Of a stretch of 64,000 bases of DNA, positions 25,201 to 37,405 are shown piece after piece (positions within the stretch are counted from its first letter, which is position 1; every line of letters starts with the position of its first letter). The position numbers were made by a program, and so were the translations under genes. Source of the stretch: Bugula neritina (lineage: Eukaryota > Animalia > Bryozoa); NCBI GenBank assembly GCA_964035545.1, contig OZ037767.1:23204628-23268627 (forward strand), in the 5' to 3' direction. The notes under the pieces were generated by a model. The model saw nothing but the letters and a program-made list of their open reading frames with translations. It was not told the DNA's origin and made no database searches.

Positions 25201-28200
25201 AAGATATATATTACAGCTATATGAAATAGTAAACTGGTATATAGAGAATATGTATGGAATAAAAAGTAGAGATATAAATATATAAAATAGTACGCAGAGA
25301 TCTATAAAATAAAAGTAGCAATATATATAATAGTAATTAGATATATAATATATATGGAATAGGAATTAGATCTATATGGATTAGTAAGCTGATATATAGA
25401 GAATAAAAATTAAAGATGTATTAGACTGACAGGGTATTGATTGGCTGTGCTACTAGATACCACTCAATGTATGCTTGTAGGCTGAGCAGGGCTGGTGGGA
25501 AGGAGTTCTGAGAGGCAGAACTGGTATGTTCCCCAGCAACTTTGTAAAACTTTTAGAAATGCCTGCACCTGTTCCTACAGCCGTGGCGCCCTCTGTTGCT
25601 GCTGGATATGCACCTGGTAAGTTTACTGCTCTCTCTTTGCTAAAATGACTTTGTAGCAACTTATAGCCAGTATGTCTTTAATATTACATTAGCTTTCCTT
25701 ATCAAACTAAAAGTACTATTCTGCCAGTTCAACTTTTTATTGTATGGTTAAATAATTTGATATGTGAGTTTCCATTTTAAATGGAATGCTTTTTAAAATG
25801 TTTTCTCCGCTTACTCGACACAAATGCTTGCCCAAACAACAGTGTGGTGATAATATTCAAATTTGAGCCAAACACTCTCCTTAGTATTGCGCTATCTTGA
25901 TGGCAAATATTGTAGATTGCATCACTTTGTTTACAATAAATATTAGATGCAATGCCAAATATTTCACTGGAATGTAGCTGAAGTTCCTTTATACTCAGCC
26001 AATGTGTTACATGATCAGTTAAAGAAAGCTCTGATATGCATGCCACTTTTTCAGGTCCTCCTAAACATAATGACATGGCGATGAAGACTAACACGGGTGG
26101 CAGGCCCCCTGTTGTTGAGGTATAGACGCTTCATATCCAAATAAGCATTAACTTTTTATCTGTTAATCAGTTATTTAACCTTTTTTTGTAAATACTGTTG
26201 ACTAGCTGCTGTTCTCTTACAGCTATATTTAACCTGGGTATGATATTATCCACACAGTAACCTTTGAGATTAGTTTTACTTGTTACTTTGTTTTAGAAAA
26301 AAGTCCTTCCACCTCCAGCTGTTGAGTCAGCCAACCCACCTCTTCTCCCAAAGCGAAATCGTGGTATAAGAGTTTTATTTATTGTGTTTTCCTATTTTTT
26401 AGAGAAAAGGTTTGCAATAAGCTTCCTGCTTTTGTGCATATAAATTATAACACCCTTATTTAGTAGTAGTTACAAGAACATAATTATATTGTAATTGTTA
26501 GTACACCTTGTGATTTCAAATAGATTAGGCTTTCCAAAAAGCAATTGTTGCATAACATATCTCACTACTCTTGTTATATTTACTTATTTGTCCTGCAAAC
26601 TATTAGGCTCTCGCAGCTAAAAAGCAGATCTTGTTGCACACCTTTTCTTAGCATTTTTTACCTCTTGGAAATTGTTGCTACAGAATTTAACTGCAATGCT
26701 CTATTTATATAGTCAATTTTAAAATATTATGTTAGAAATTACTGCATATAATGTAAATCTGAGCACATTTTCAAATCTCTCACAACATCCTCCATCAATC
26801 ATTTCTTTCATGCTGCTTTATCATTATTAATCAGAGATTTACCATAAAATATTTTGATTAAATAGTATCTGGATCGGAAGGTCATTCTTTTGCCGACAAT
26901 ACTGACGGTGAACCAGCACCAGATTTAGCTCATAAGAAGCGTTTAAAAACTAAGGCACAAAGAAACCAATTGATTCAGCATCAAGAGTTTGCTTACAGTT
27001 CTTCGGATAATGTCAGTCAACCACATTTTCGTTCACGACATAGATCACGAAAAAAGACTGGTAAAAGTACCGAAGCTGGTGGACAAAAGTCTACTCCGCA
27101 AAAAGCCAATCTTCCTTCAGTATGGTCGACTTGGTCTCGAGAAATTCCTTCCGCATCACCAATTGTTAACAAAGCCAAATCTATGGCAGCTGAGCGGAGT
27201 GTAAAAACATCATCTGTTTCTATAAAAAATAAGAAGTCAGCACCTGCTAAGCTTGCTAGCAATGATTCTCCCCTCAGCGCTACCCCTGAGAAACGACACA
27301 GATCTAAAAGTACCAACAATCGAGTTGAGAAATCTGGAAAGCTGAGCTCTACTCATAAAACTGTTGATGAATCAAATAAAAAAGCTCGCAGTAAATCTCG
27401 AAACAATGACCGTGGGCATCAAAAGCAATCTAGCTCAAATAAAAAAACAGAGAGAGTAACTAATGATAACTCGCCAAAACATTTAAATTCTCTTGACAAA
27501 GCTAATGTCATTACTCAAGAAAATACCAAACCTTCAAAAAAATCTAAACGAAATCAAGAAGAGAAACACAAAAATGCTATGAAAGCCACACTTGTAAAGA
27601 AAGTTGGCACAAAGAAGTCTTCTGACCGGACATTGGACAATATTCCTTCCCTTGCTGAAGACTTTGTTGCAAATGGTGCCGGAAAGTCTCAGAAAAGTGT
27701 CAATAGAAATGCACTAAAATCTAATACTGTTCTAGAAAAGATTACTGAACAAGTTCATTGGACTGAACCTTGTAAGTCTAGCCAACATGCTCCTCCAACC
27801 GGTGAGCTACCTCCAAGTGAGAAAAGAAATGATAATATAGATTTGTTTCAGTCTCCAATTTCTGATAAGAGAAATTTTGCTATTCAGTGCGACCCTAACA
27901 ATGAAGAGACTGCAAATAGTGTTGTCTTTGAGCAAAAACTATCCTCTATTGAGCGAACTGTTTTGGGTATTCAGAACACAATATCAAATCTAACAACATT
28001 AGTTGGAAATTTAATGTCAGAACAGCAGCTAAAAAATCTTGAAGATATCCACAATTCTCTTCAAAATGACAAACTTTCAAGTTTTAACAATGACAATGGA
28101 ATAAATGGTAACGTTTTTGATGCGCAGCACGATTCAAGTATTCGTAACTTATTTGATACTCAGGAGGCTTTGCCTACTTCTTCCAAAATTATGACTGTTG

Positions 28201-31200
28201 ACACGTCAAATTTTCTGCTGCATGCTGAGCCAATCGAGTATTTTGACATCATATTTAATGGAGATTCTGAAGATTCAGGAGAAAATGTTTCAGGCACGAA
28301 ATTGATTGAGCTTACTGAATCTCAAGCGGTTATGTTAGAAAGTGAAATTAATAGACAACCTAAATCAATGTCAGAAAATGCGGAATTTAGCGGGGACAAT
28401 GGAAATGATCTCGTCAGTGAAGTGCCTGGGGAGCTACCAGAAGAAATGCCAGTAGAAGTTTCAGAAACGTTACCAGATGAAATAAGTTTAGAAAATACAA
28501 GATCATTCAATAGATTACAACGGAGTGTCAGTATCCCATTTGCTACTGGTTCTAGCCCTTCAATGGAACCTAATACAGTTGATGATCTTTGTTACCCAGT
28601 AGATTCAAATGAAGAACTTGACTCAGGTATGCAGCACCTGTCAGCCGGCTTGGAAACTAGTGAGGTTCTATTAAATGATAGCTCTCCCAATACTTATGTT
28701 GAGAATAACCATGAAGTTGAGACTACATCAAATTCTAAAGACACCTATGATATGTCTCATGGTGGAACACTTGAAATATTGCGCTCTAAATTAAATTTGG
28801 TTAAACCCGGGGTAACTGTTGTTGGTTACGAAAAGTTAAATGAAACTAATGATGATGAAAGTGTCACAAATTTTTCTCCTGAAAAGAAGGTGGACATGGA
28901 TGATTCGAATAAATCAGATTTAAAACATTTTACTTCTCAAAAGGAGAGCATTACCTCAGTAGGAAAGGAGCTCGCCCCTCTATTTTTAGTCAATGACCAG
29001 CTGAATGTTGAGCATGACACTGAAGATGTGTCTACTAGGGTAGTTTTAGAGGGTGTTATAGCGCATAGTCAACCTCCTTTATCAGGTAAAAAATTTGATG
29101 AAGCTAGTTTTACAGACAACAGTGAAACTAGTTTTCTTTATTCAGATGAAATACAACTGCCAAAACATTCACTGAAGAAAAAGCGGACCTTTAAATCAAA
29201 GTTGGCTAAGATATTTGGCATAAACAGAAAAGGAAATACACCAAAAAAAGATAAACAGCACAAGTATAACACGGGCTCAAATTTAGATATTGATCTTCTG
29301 TTTGAACAATTGCCTCCTCCCACACGTGTGAACCAAACATCTAATCAGTATAAAAGTAAAGCTAAAACTTCTGATGGCAAGTTTAGTGCATCTAGTATTC
29401 CTCAGTTTTCACCCCCACCTCCTCCGCCATTGAAATCCTCCAAACTTTCATTAAGAAATATTATTGGAAGTCGTAGAAAAACAAGTAAAACGAGTTATTT
29501 GTCTGAGACTGAACATAAAACAGCTATTCAAGAGCAACTCACTTCACTGTTAGAGGAATGCTAAAAAGTTCATTGTTGAAAATTCCGAATCTTTCCTGTT
29601 GTTTAAAGTTATATTTTCCAATGTCTGCTAGAAAAGCTACCATAGATTGTACTGATAAGGATGCTCAATACTTGGGAAGTGGCTTGACAAAACATCAAAA
29701 CAAGTTAATGAATGTATTCACTTCCTTAAGAGAACATCTGCAAATACAAAATACTGACAAAAATCTGAAAACTAAATATCATCATCGATATGCTGTGGAT
29801 GACTTTTCTGCATCTGATGAAATTCCTGAAGATTCTGCAACTAATAACAATGAACCCATTTCAGCTGTAACTACTGATGCGGACTTATTGGAAAAGGATG
29901 TAAGCAGCAAAACAAATGCCGGTGATGGTGAATCGCCAACCAATTTAGAAACAAATGGTTGCAAAAAAGCATGTGCTATTATACCAATGGATATTAGACC
30001 TTTAATAAAGCAAGCCTACAATGGTTCAGACTTTAATAATGTAGATCAAACACCTGTTTGCTTACCCATGGTAGATGATGACGGAATAATTCGTCGTAGA
30101 AAATCTAACTGACCAATTGACATTTTATAGTTTTGTGTTCTTTACTAGTAATCAGTACACTTGTTGCTAATAAGAATAAAACAACTTGTTTTGACTAAAT
30201 TCTTTTTTCTATCAAGAGTGTTCATAAAAAAGGTTATTGCAATACATAACAATTTTACGGAAGCTTTTTCAGGAAAGCTTAATTTTTGTTTCACTAACTT
30301 TTACGGGTTTCATTAAACATTTGGCAGCTTCTTCTCTTGTCTGCTCAGTTCACTCCCTTCAGGTCAGTCTCTTTTTCTCCATTCTTAATTCAACTAACTT
30401 ATTCTCAGTTCAACTAACTCATTTTCATAATTCTCAGTTCAGCTAACTCATTTTGATAATTTTCAGTTCAACTAACTGTTTTTCTTCATTCACTACTCAT
30501 CTTATAGAAAATATCTGTGTAAGACATTTACTCATTAAATTAATATAGTTCAATTGAAATTACTTTTGATTTTCGGTTTCCTTGTGCGAATAATATTTAA
30601 AAAATTATAGCTATTTTTTGTAAGTCTAGACTCTAGAAGTAATATTTTTCTTATTGAAGTTATCATCGCTGCAAGATTGCATATTAAGTTGTAATGTGGC
30701 TGCAAGCTCGACAATTTCTAGTGTCTCACAAAATTGTGTATCCCCTTCATGTGGATATATGTTGCATACTTTTGTGGTTTGCAGGCACTAGGGCGAGAGT
30801 CTTATTTTCATATAAGGCTTGTAATGAGGATGAGTTGACCTTGGAGGAAGGTCAAATAATTCAGGTAACTGATATGAAGCTGGACGATGCAGGCTGGTGG
30901 AAAGGAGAATTGGCTGGTAGAGTTGGCGTATTTCCTGACAACTTTGTTCAACTCCTGACAGATGAGGAACCAGCACCTCCTGCTGCAACTGGGGTCAGTT
31001 TTGTGACAGCTGAGTTATACTCTTTGACATTGCATTGTATTGCTCGGTATGACGACTAAGTTGTACTCTTATTCACTGCACTGTATTGCTCATATTGAGC
31101 ACTACAATGCAATGCCCGGTGAGTGTGCAGGAAGTCTAGTTAGCAATGAAGTTTAATTTCTATTGCAGAGACTGAACAAAGCCCCACTGCAGCCTCCCCC

Positions 31201-33352
31201 AGAAGCTGATCAGCCACAGCCCGGCAGATTACCAGTACGTTATTACCAGGTTACATGTGACTCACTCCCACATGGCTTTACTCTCAAATATACAGTCATT
31301 ATTGTGAAGTCTTTGCACAACAACCAGAATAATTGATTTAGTTGTTGGTCTCACTGCCTCAAACCTGAGCAGCTCTACACAAACCCTCTCAAATTGGCTT
31401 TTTGAATGCAAGGAAAATTTTATGGCCATGAAATCCTGATTTAAATCACGTCAAGATCACAGTTTTATATGTTGTAAATTTCATGCTACACAATACTGAC
31501 ATACATTTTATACAATTGTGGGCTGTAAAGGAAAGTTGAAATAAGACATAAGTTGAAGCTAGTGAAAACTATACCTTTAATATCAAATATGTCACCAAGT
31601 TTTTGAAATCTTAGATTTTCAATAGTGATGCCAGCCAGCATATATTAGTGGTGTCTGAAATATAAACCAGTTCACCTATATTATTATACAACTGACTTCT
31701 GCACCATCATTACTTTTAATAGACTTTAGGAAATTGAATATGGATATGGTAATATAATTATGTACTATATTCTGTCGTATATTACCACAGGATATGGTAA
31801 TATATGTACTTTATTCTGTTGTATATTACCACAGGATATGGTAATATAATTATGTACTATATTCTGTTGTATATTACTGTAGGATATGGTAATATATGTA
31901 CTTTATTCTGTTGTATATCACCACAGGATATGGTGATATATGTACTTTATTCTGTTGTATATCACCACAGGATATTGTGTTATATGTACCTTATTATGTT
32001 TTATGTTTCAGCCTCGACCTGGCGGACTTACAAAACCGGTTGAAATGACATCTACAGGTAAAGTATATGGATCACTCTACTTAACTTAGTACACACTATA
32101 TGTCTTTAGTTTTTAGCTATTTTTCACAATTTAGCCGCTAATGTATATAGTTTCTTTCATTAAACTGATTATAAAGTATTAACACAACTGAATAAGCAAG
32201 ATTTTTTTCAAATTTTGTTTGATTTTCTATGTTTTTCTCTAATTTTGTAGTAATTTAGGTGTGCGGGTGTGATGCTTTTTTCATCACCCCACACCTAAAT
32301 TTACTAAAAAAGTAAGATATTATTTTTTATCCTTATATCGCATGCATGTGTATAGCATCTATATCGCATGCATGTGTATAGCATCTATATAGCACGTATC
32401 TAACAGATACTCTTGAAACTGTAGACTCTGGTAGAGGCCCCTCTATAACTTCTAAACCAAAGGCAGCCGATATTGAACCAGGTTAGTAAATATTCTAGCT
32501 CATGAGGCTAAAGTCTTCAATCTCACCTTTTCTATATCACTTATTTTGTTGGCTTCTTTAGTAATCAGTTTCATATTTTATATTTACTGACACATGTGCT
32601 TGTAAAAAGACCTTGTCAGCTGCACATGTTTAACTATTTTCAGTCAAGATTTTGTTACACACATCAGTTTACTCCATACACTAATTTAATATTAAACGTT
32701 TTGGCAAGATTTGATTGGGCTGCAACATTTACTGCTATTATACTCTCACCCAAAACGAATGGAAATATGTTTCAGCGAGACCACTAGTCAATGGGAGAGT
32801 AGATGACAAAACTGTCATGTCTTTAATGGAGGAGATTGAAAAGTTAAAATCCTCCATGGTAACTAAGGAGTCACATGAACTGCTGCAAAGAGAGCTTAAA
32901 GCCACTAAAGAAGCTTTAGAAAACTACAAAAAAGAAAACAATAAAAAGCTGTTAGAACTCATGAAAGAAGTAAGTAATATAACCAATGTTCAATATTTAG
33001 CTATCGCTTGGTTGAATCAGTGACGTAAACTTGTAGAAAGATCAATTTATTAATATTTCACTTAATACTTGCAGTTATTAAATATAATTTAAATTTCACA
33101 GAAAATGTAAACATTTTGTTAAAAATAAGGGCAAATATAGCTATCTGTTTTACTATGGTATTTATTCCAAGTTTGAAATAAAACAGAATGCGCTTCTGTT
33201 TTCTAATTTTGAAGTAAGTATATAATATGAATTGGCCTGAACCAATTTGTTTTGTTCTCTAGATTGATGAAGAAAGAAAGCAAGGTGTCCAAAGCAATGT
33301 GGAGATAGCTAGAATCAGGAAATTAGCTGAAGAACATTGGGTGGGGAAGTGA
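21624..33352 (+). CDS. SH3KBP1: CIN85/CD2AP-family adaptor (3 SH3 domains, Pro-rich linker, C-terminal coiled coil); upstream first coding exon (phase 1) not located
   Basis: Exons 21624-21781 (SH3[14 protein letters not shown]...GWWEG...GVFPDNFV), 23172-23298, 24916-25025 and 25481-25616 (SH3B), 26055-26119, 26297-26363, 30785-30993 (SH3C), 31169-31234, 32012-32057, 32425-32481, 32776-32969, 33263-33352 (coiled coil ...[31 protein letters not shown]). All phases consistent; ~440 aa. Confidence 0.9.
22210..22277. repeat. (GT)n(TA)n microsatellite
   Basis: Perfect TA run of about 58 nt. Confidence 0.95.
22870..23040. repeat. (TAG/TGG)n microsatellite
   Basis: Degenerate gtagtagtggtg run. Confidence 0.85.
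25030..25420. repeat. Degenerate ~20-bp minisatellite starting at the SH3B donor site
   Basis: Unit tagaatagaaagtaaatatg, decaying with distance from the GT at 25026. Confidence 0.75.
26866..30112 (+). CDS. Large alternative terminal exon pair of the CIN85-like gene (~1050-aa low-complexity K/S/N/E-rich tail)
   Basis: Acceptor ...attaaatag|TA at 26866 is phase 1, in frame with both exon 26297-26363 and the 864-aa ORF. An 83-nt GT-AG intron 29549-29631 (GTTAGA...ttttccaatgtctgctag) joins it in frame to the ORF ending at 30112. AATAAA at 30175-30180. Confidence 0.72.
31740..31990. repeat. 44-48-bp minisatellite just upstream of an acceptor
   Basis: Unit ggatatggtaatat(aatt)atgtactttattctgttgtatattaccaca, ~5.5 copies, ending ~20 nt before the AG at 32010-32011. 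Confidence 0.88.
32066..32320. mobile_element. Truncated relative of the fold-back MITE at 5358-5733
   Basis: tatggatcactctacttaacttagtacacacta...gtttttagctatttttcacaattta matches the left TIR; own central hairpin ggtgtgcgggtgtgatg/catcaccccacacc; right arm lost. Confidence 0.75.
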
Positions 33353-33911
33353 AGTCCCTTAATATTGTCTCACTATGCTGATTACTATCGCTCTTTCCAT
33401 CTACAGCAATGCAATGCATGTTGTAGTTCAGTGATAACCTTTAGCTAGAAATCTCCTTTGTAATTAGTTTAATTTTTAGCTACAGAACTTAGAGTACTGG
33501 TAACAGTGTAGGACTCTGTACTGTTTTAGTGTTACAATTTTGTGTGCTGTATTGGACTAGTATGTACTAACTATGTATATAACTACATTATGCACCGTAC
33601 ATGTATTACATATATTCTCTAGTATGTCATCAATCCTAATTTTATTTGGCTTCTCGGTTTTTACTGGCTTCACTAACAACATCTATACATTCCAATGTAT
33701 TACATTTGATGTGAGTTTTGATAATGTTTGCGAATTTTACTTTACAAACTGAAAGGGTGCGAATGTTCTTCTCCTCCACGGTTGATTACTTACTTACACT
33801 ACAGTGACTGAAGCCTCTGCTGAATGTTTAACTGTTTTATGTCTGATTTAGTATATATATTGGCTAGAAATATTCGTTGTTGCACTATTTCTCTATACGC
33901 TTACAATAGAC

Positions 33912-33946
33912 AATAAAGTATTTTATTAAATTTTATTGCAAATAAA
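33912..33946. terminator. Cluster of poly(A) signals on both strands between convergent CIN85-like and SMAP genes
   Basis: AATAAA (+) at 33912 and 33941; TTTATT (AATAAA on -) at 33922 and 33932. Confidence 0.55.
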
Positions 33947-34219
33947 ACTTGTGATTTATGCCTCTTTAGCATCACTTATTCTAATTTTAGTTAGAAAAGT
34001 AGTTAGACATTATGTTAGCATTTAAATGATACACAGAGCATACAAAAGGAGATTGGTGGCCACAACTCCTAATATTTACATTGTTGTAGCAGGAACTAGT
34101 TGATGAAATTAATGAATATGCACTGTATTTAAAATAGATGATTAAAATAAGTAGCAGCTTTCAGGTTATTTACAAATCTATACATGAAACAGTGAAAGCT
34201 CTAAATTGTCTTGCAGAGA

Positions 34220-36297
34220 TCAACTATTGGATGCTTTTACAAAATTCATCATCATGGACTTTTTCTTGGGTATGCTTGCTTGTTCATCTACAGATGTGGG
34301 AGCTACCCTTTTTTCTGGAGAAACTTTAGTTTCTTTATCCTTGGAGTTATCCTGATTACTTGCTGTGTCTCTGATTTTTCCTGCTTCATCACTCTTTGTT
34401 TCATTCTCACTACTTGATGCAGTGTCTTTCTTGTCAGCAGAACCATCAGTAGTCTCAGTTTCCTCAGTCTACATCAAGTAAAACAGGTCGGGTGGAACAT
34501 CCCGTGGGTGATAAACGCACTTGCATGCATTGACCTCAAGATATATTAAAAATATCAAACCTTAGTAAAGCCAAGGCCAACATGACTCTTATAACCAAAT
34601 TGAAGCTTATGGTCTAAACTGTGTTGGAATTGATCCTCCAAACCTTGGTTTAACTTCTCCGGATCTTCTAAAAATGACAATTCAAGTGTAGCATATTAGC
34701 AGATGTCACAATAAAGAATGAGCTACAAGAAAACATACAGAACTTGCCACAAGCTTGTGTGTTCAGAACAAAGCTTTAGCCTATATCAAAGCCAGAGTAA
34801 TCGGATATGAACCAACTATTGATAAAAACTGAATAGAATCAACAGTATCCACGAATTTCAACTCTAACTATTACAACTGCTTGCTAGTAACTTACACATC
34901 ATTCCCAGACATGATCAAATAAGCAGACATGTACGTGTACCTCATCTATTAATTATGTAACCACACTTAGTTCCAGTCTCATATATTCTACTTGCGTGAG
35001 TCAAGCTTTAAGAAAACAAACTCGAACTTCACTCTCTTTACCGCGTTTCCACGACTGCACATTATGCGAATGAATGCCTGTATGGATTAATTGTGGCTTG
35101 TTGTTTGCATTAACTTGTAGTTGCGTTTCATTCGATATAACTATTTCCATTAGCAGAAGGAAAAAATCCATTCGCATAATGCGATAATGGAAACGTAGTG
35201 GTTATCTCTTCGATTCATCTTATGATCATACTACATATTCTTACAATAAACTCACCTCGTTTGTGTGAAGGAGCATGATCTCCTATTACTATCTTCCCTT
35301 TGTGTTCTGCCTAAAGATTTCAAGCAAATTTTACCAGCATTATATTTTCCCAATTCAAAACATCTGATGTATGATATGATGTTAAAATAAATCAATGCTG
35401 ATAAAATAAGCAGAGAGAATTACTTAAAATTGCTAGAAACTTCCAGTGCCTAAAATATATAATTTAGGAAAAACAATCCAAATCACAAAATATTAAAATT
35501 ATTAGTCGCCTCTGCATTCCAACTATAAAGAAATCAAGCTTTCAGAATTGAAAACAATAACTATGAAATTTCATCAACAGGATTCCATTAAATGAATGGG
35601 GATATAGTTTAATGTATTAAAAGTGAAACTAATTGAAGGGCTACAGTAGCTTGGCCATTACAAAGTTCTTTCACAACTTGAATAATGTTTTTTTTTAAAT
35701 CTCCCATTAAGCATTCCCTGACTAACTCTTAGTTCTATTTTTGTTCTATGTTGACTTTACCCACTGCAGATTGTAGCTGCCAAGGAATGACAATTTTCAA
35801 TTCCTGATTAAATATTAACACTAAGAGTTGTCTTACCTATATTAGTTACAAACGAAAGTAAATAAAATACAAAACTTCTGTTAAAATGAAAACACACATG
35901 TAAACAGTCAGAAATATATGATTTAGATTTAGTACATCTTGCAGACTAGCTTATAATTTTTCAAATGAAAACATTCACTAAAGGAGAAACTGACCTTAGT
36001 GGCGCCCATTAACTTGAGAAATTTGTCTTTCCTGGACTTGTCACCTAGATCGGCTTGCTCCCAGTTATTAGCAGACTTTACCTACACATAAAAATACTAA
36101 CTAAGTGTTTCAATAAAATAGACCTGCTACCTGTAACAACATCACTCAATAGAATATCAAAAGTTCCTAACCGCAGGAGTGTTGGTTGAATCTGCATCCT
36201 CTTTCTCGGGTGTCTTATTTGCTGAATCCTCTTCATTGACTGGTGGAGTTGCAGATACTTTGTTAGAAGGTTCACACTCTCCACTTCCACTCATCAT
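34220..36297 (-). CDS. SMAP: Small acidic protein (SMAP / C11orf58 family)
   Basis: Exons 36172-36297, 35995-36081 (SANNWEQADLGDKSRKDKFLKLMGATK), 35256-35310 (EHKGKIVIGDH), 34561-34667 (LNQGLEDQFQHSL...HVGLGF), 34220-34468 (acidic tail ending MMMNFVKASNS*). Matches the SMAP domain and the conserved xFVKxS C-terminus. Confidence 0.92.
35041..35197. mobile_element. Degenerate small MITE-like inverted repeat in SMAP intron
   Basis: cgtttccacgactgcacattatgcgaatg pairs imperfectly with cattcgcataatgcgataatggaaacg. Confidence 0.4.
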
Positions 36298-36699
36298 TCA
36301 ATGCCTGTCGATATACAAAAACACGACAATATGCAGCCCTGTATAACAACTAACCTAGAGTGTGGTACCTGCCACTATATAGGCCTATACACAGTCACTT
36401 TACATAGAAGAAGAAATATATACAACATAATATAAAGTTTACCCGCCATCCATTAATTTGGGAATAGTGATTTAACGATGAAAAAACAGGCAACATGTTG
36501 CTACAAAAATTGTGAATAGTAGAAGTAAGCTGACAATTTCAAATAACTACAAATGGACAAAGTAAAACTTTCACTCCTTATTTTGTATGATGTTGTCGAA
36601 ATGTTCATCTGAGTAGGAAAAGACACTTGCTCGACTCACTTGAAGTTCAACTCCGAAATCTAATAAAATTTTAACCATCACAGACAATATTATATACAA

Positions 36700-37405
36700 C
36701 ACCAATATGAGTATCATTATCATTATGAATTGTTGTTCATTACTATTAGTATTACAATTAGTAATAATGTACAAGTATTACAATTACTATTAGTATTACT
36801 ATTAGTAGTGAGTATTCACTGTATTGGCCATTAAGATTTAAGAGTAATATCATTGATAGGAATCAGTAATACTAATAGTATAAACTATACATTTGGGTCT
36901 ATTATATTTAGTATAACTATAACCATAGACTATAAGTATAAGTGCTAGCATAACTTATGCTAAGTTAGTAGGTTAACTTTAATCAATTTAGTAGTAGTAC
37001 TAACAGTAACTCTAAGTCTATTCCTTATGCTCCATAAGTATTACTATTGTATTAGTATTACTATTAGACTTGGAGTTAGTACTACTAACTTAAACTACTA
37101 ACTTAGTAGCAACTAAGTACTAGTATAAGTATTAGTTATCACTCTAAATCAATTACATTAAGTTTAACCAAATTGTTATTTGGCTTTGCCAAGTATTTCA
37201 TTTTTATTTTAGTTTTATTTTTAGTATTAATATTCCATACTTTAATTTTATTGGTTTTGCCATTGCCAATTGGCTATTAGTATTAGTATTACTATTGGTA
37301 TTTGACTTTCACTTAGTATTAGAATTACTATTAGTACTATTACTCAGTAATACTATTAGTATTACTAATAGTAATAGTCACTATTACTATTAGTATTAGT
37401 ATTAC
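36700..37405. repeat. (TATTAG/TATTAC)n degenerate hexamer tract, resuming at 39162-39240
   Basis: Long agtattagtattactatt runs upstream of the SMAP 5' end, interrupted by the LINE. Confidence 0.8.

Noticed and set aside
26925-26955. LAHKKRLK as a capping-protein-interaction motif
   Set aside because: Spacing does not fit LxHxTxxRPK; no clear CPI motif in the traced exons.
29540-29570. Programmed -1 frameshift or stop-restart coupling at ATGCTAA
   Set aside because: No XXXYYYZ slippery site; a canonical 83-nt GT-AG intron explains the frame change.
31723-31748. Possible micro-exon before the 44-48-bp array
   Set aside because: One acceptor gives an immediate stop and the other breaks phase; flanking exons 31234>32012 already join in frame.
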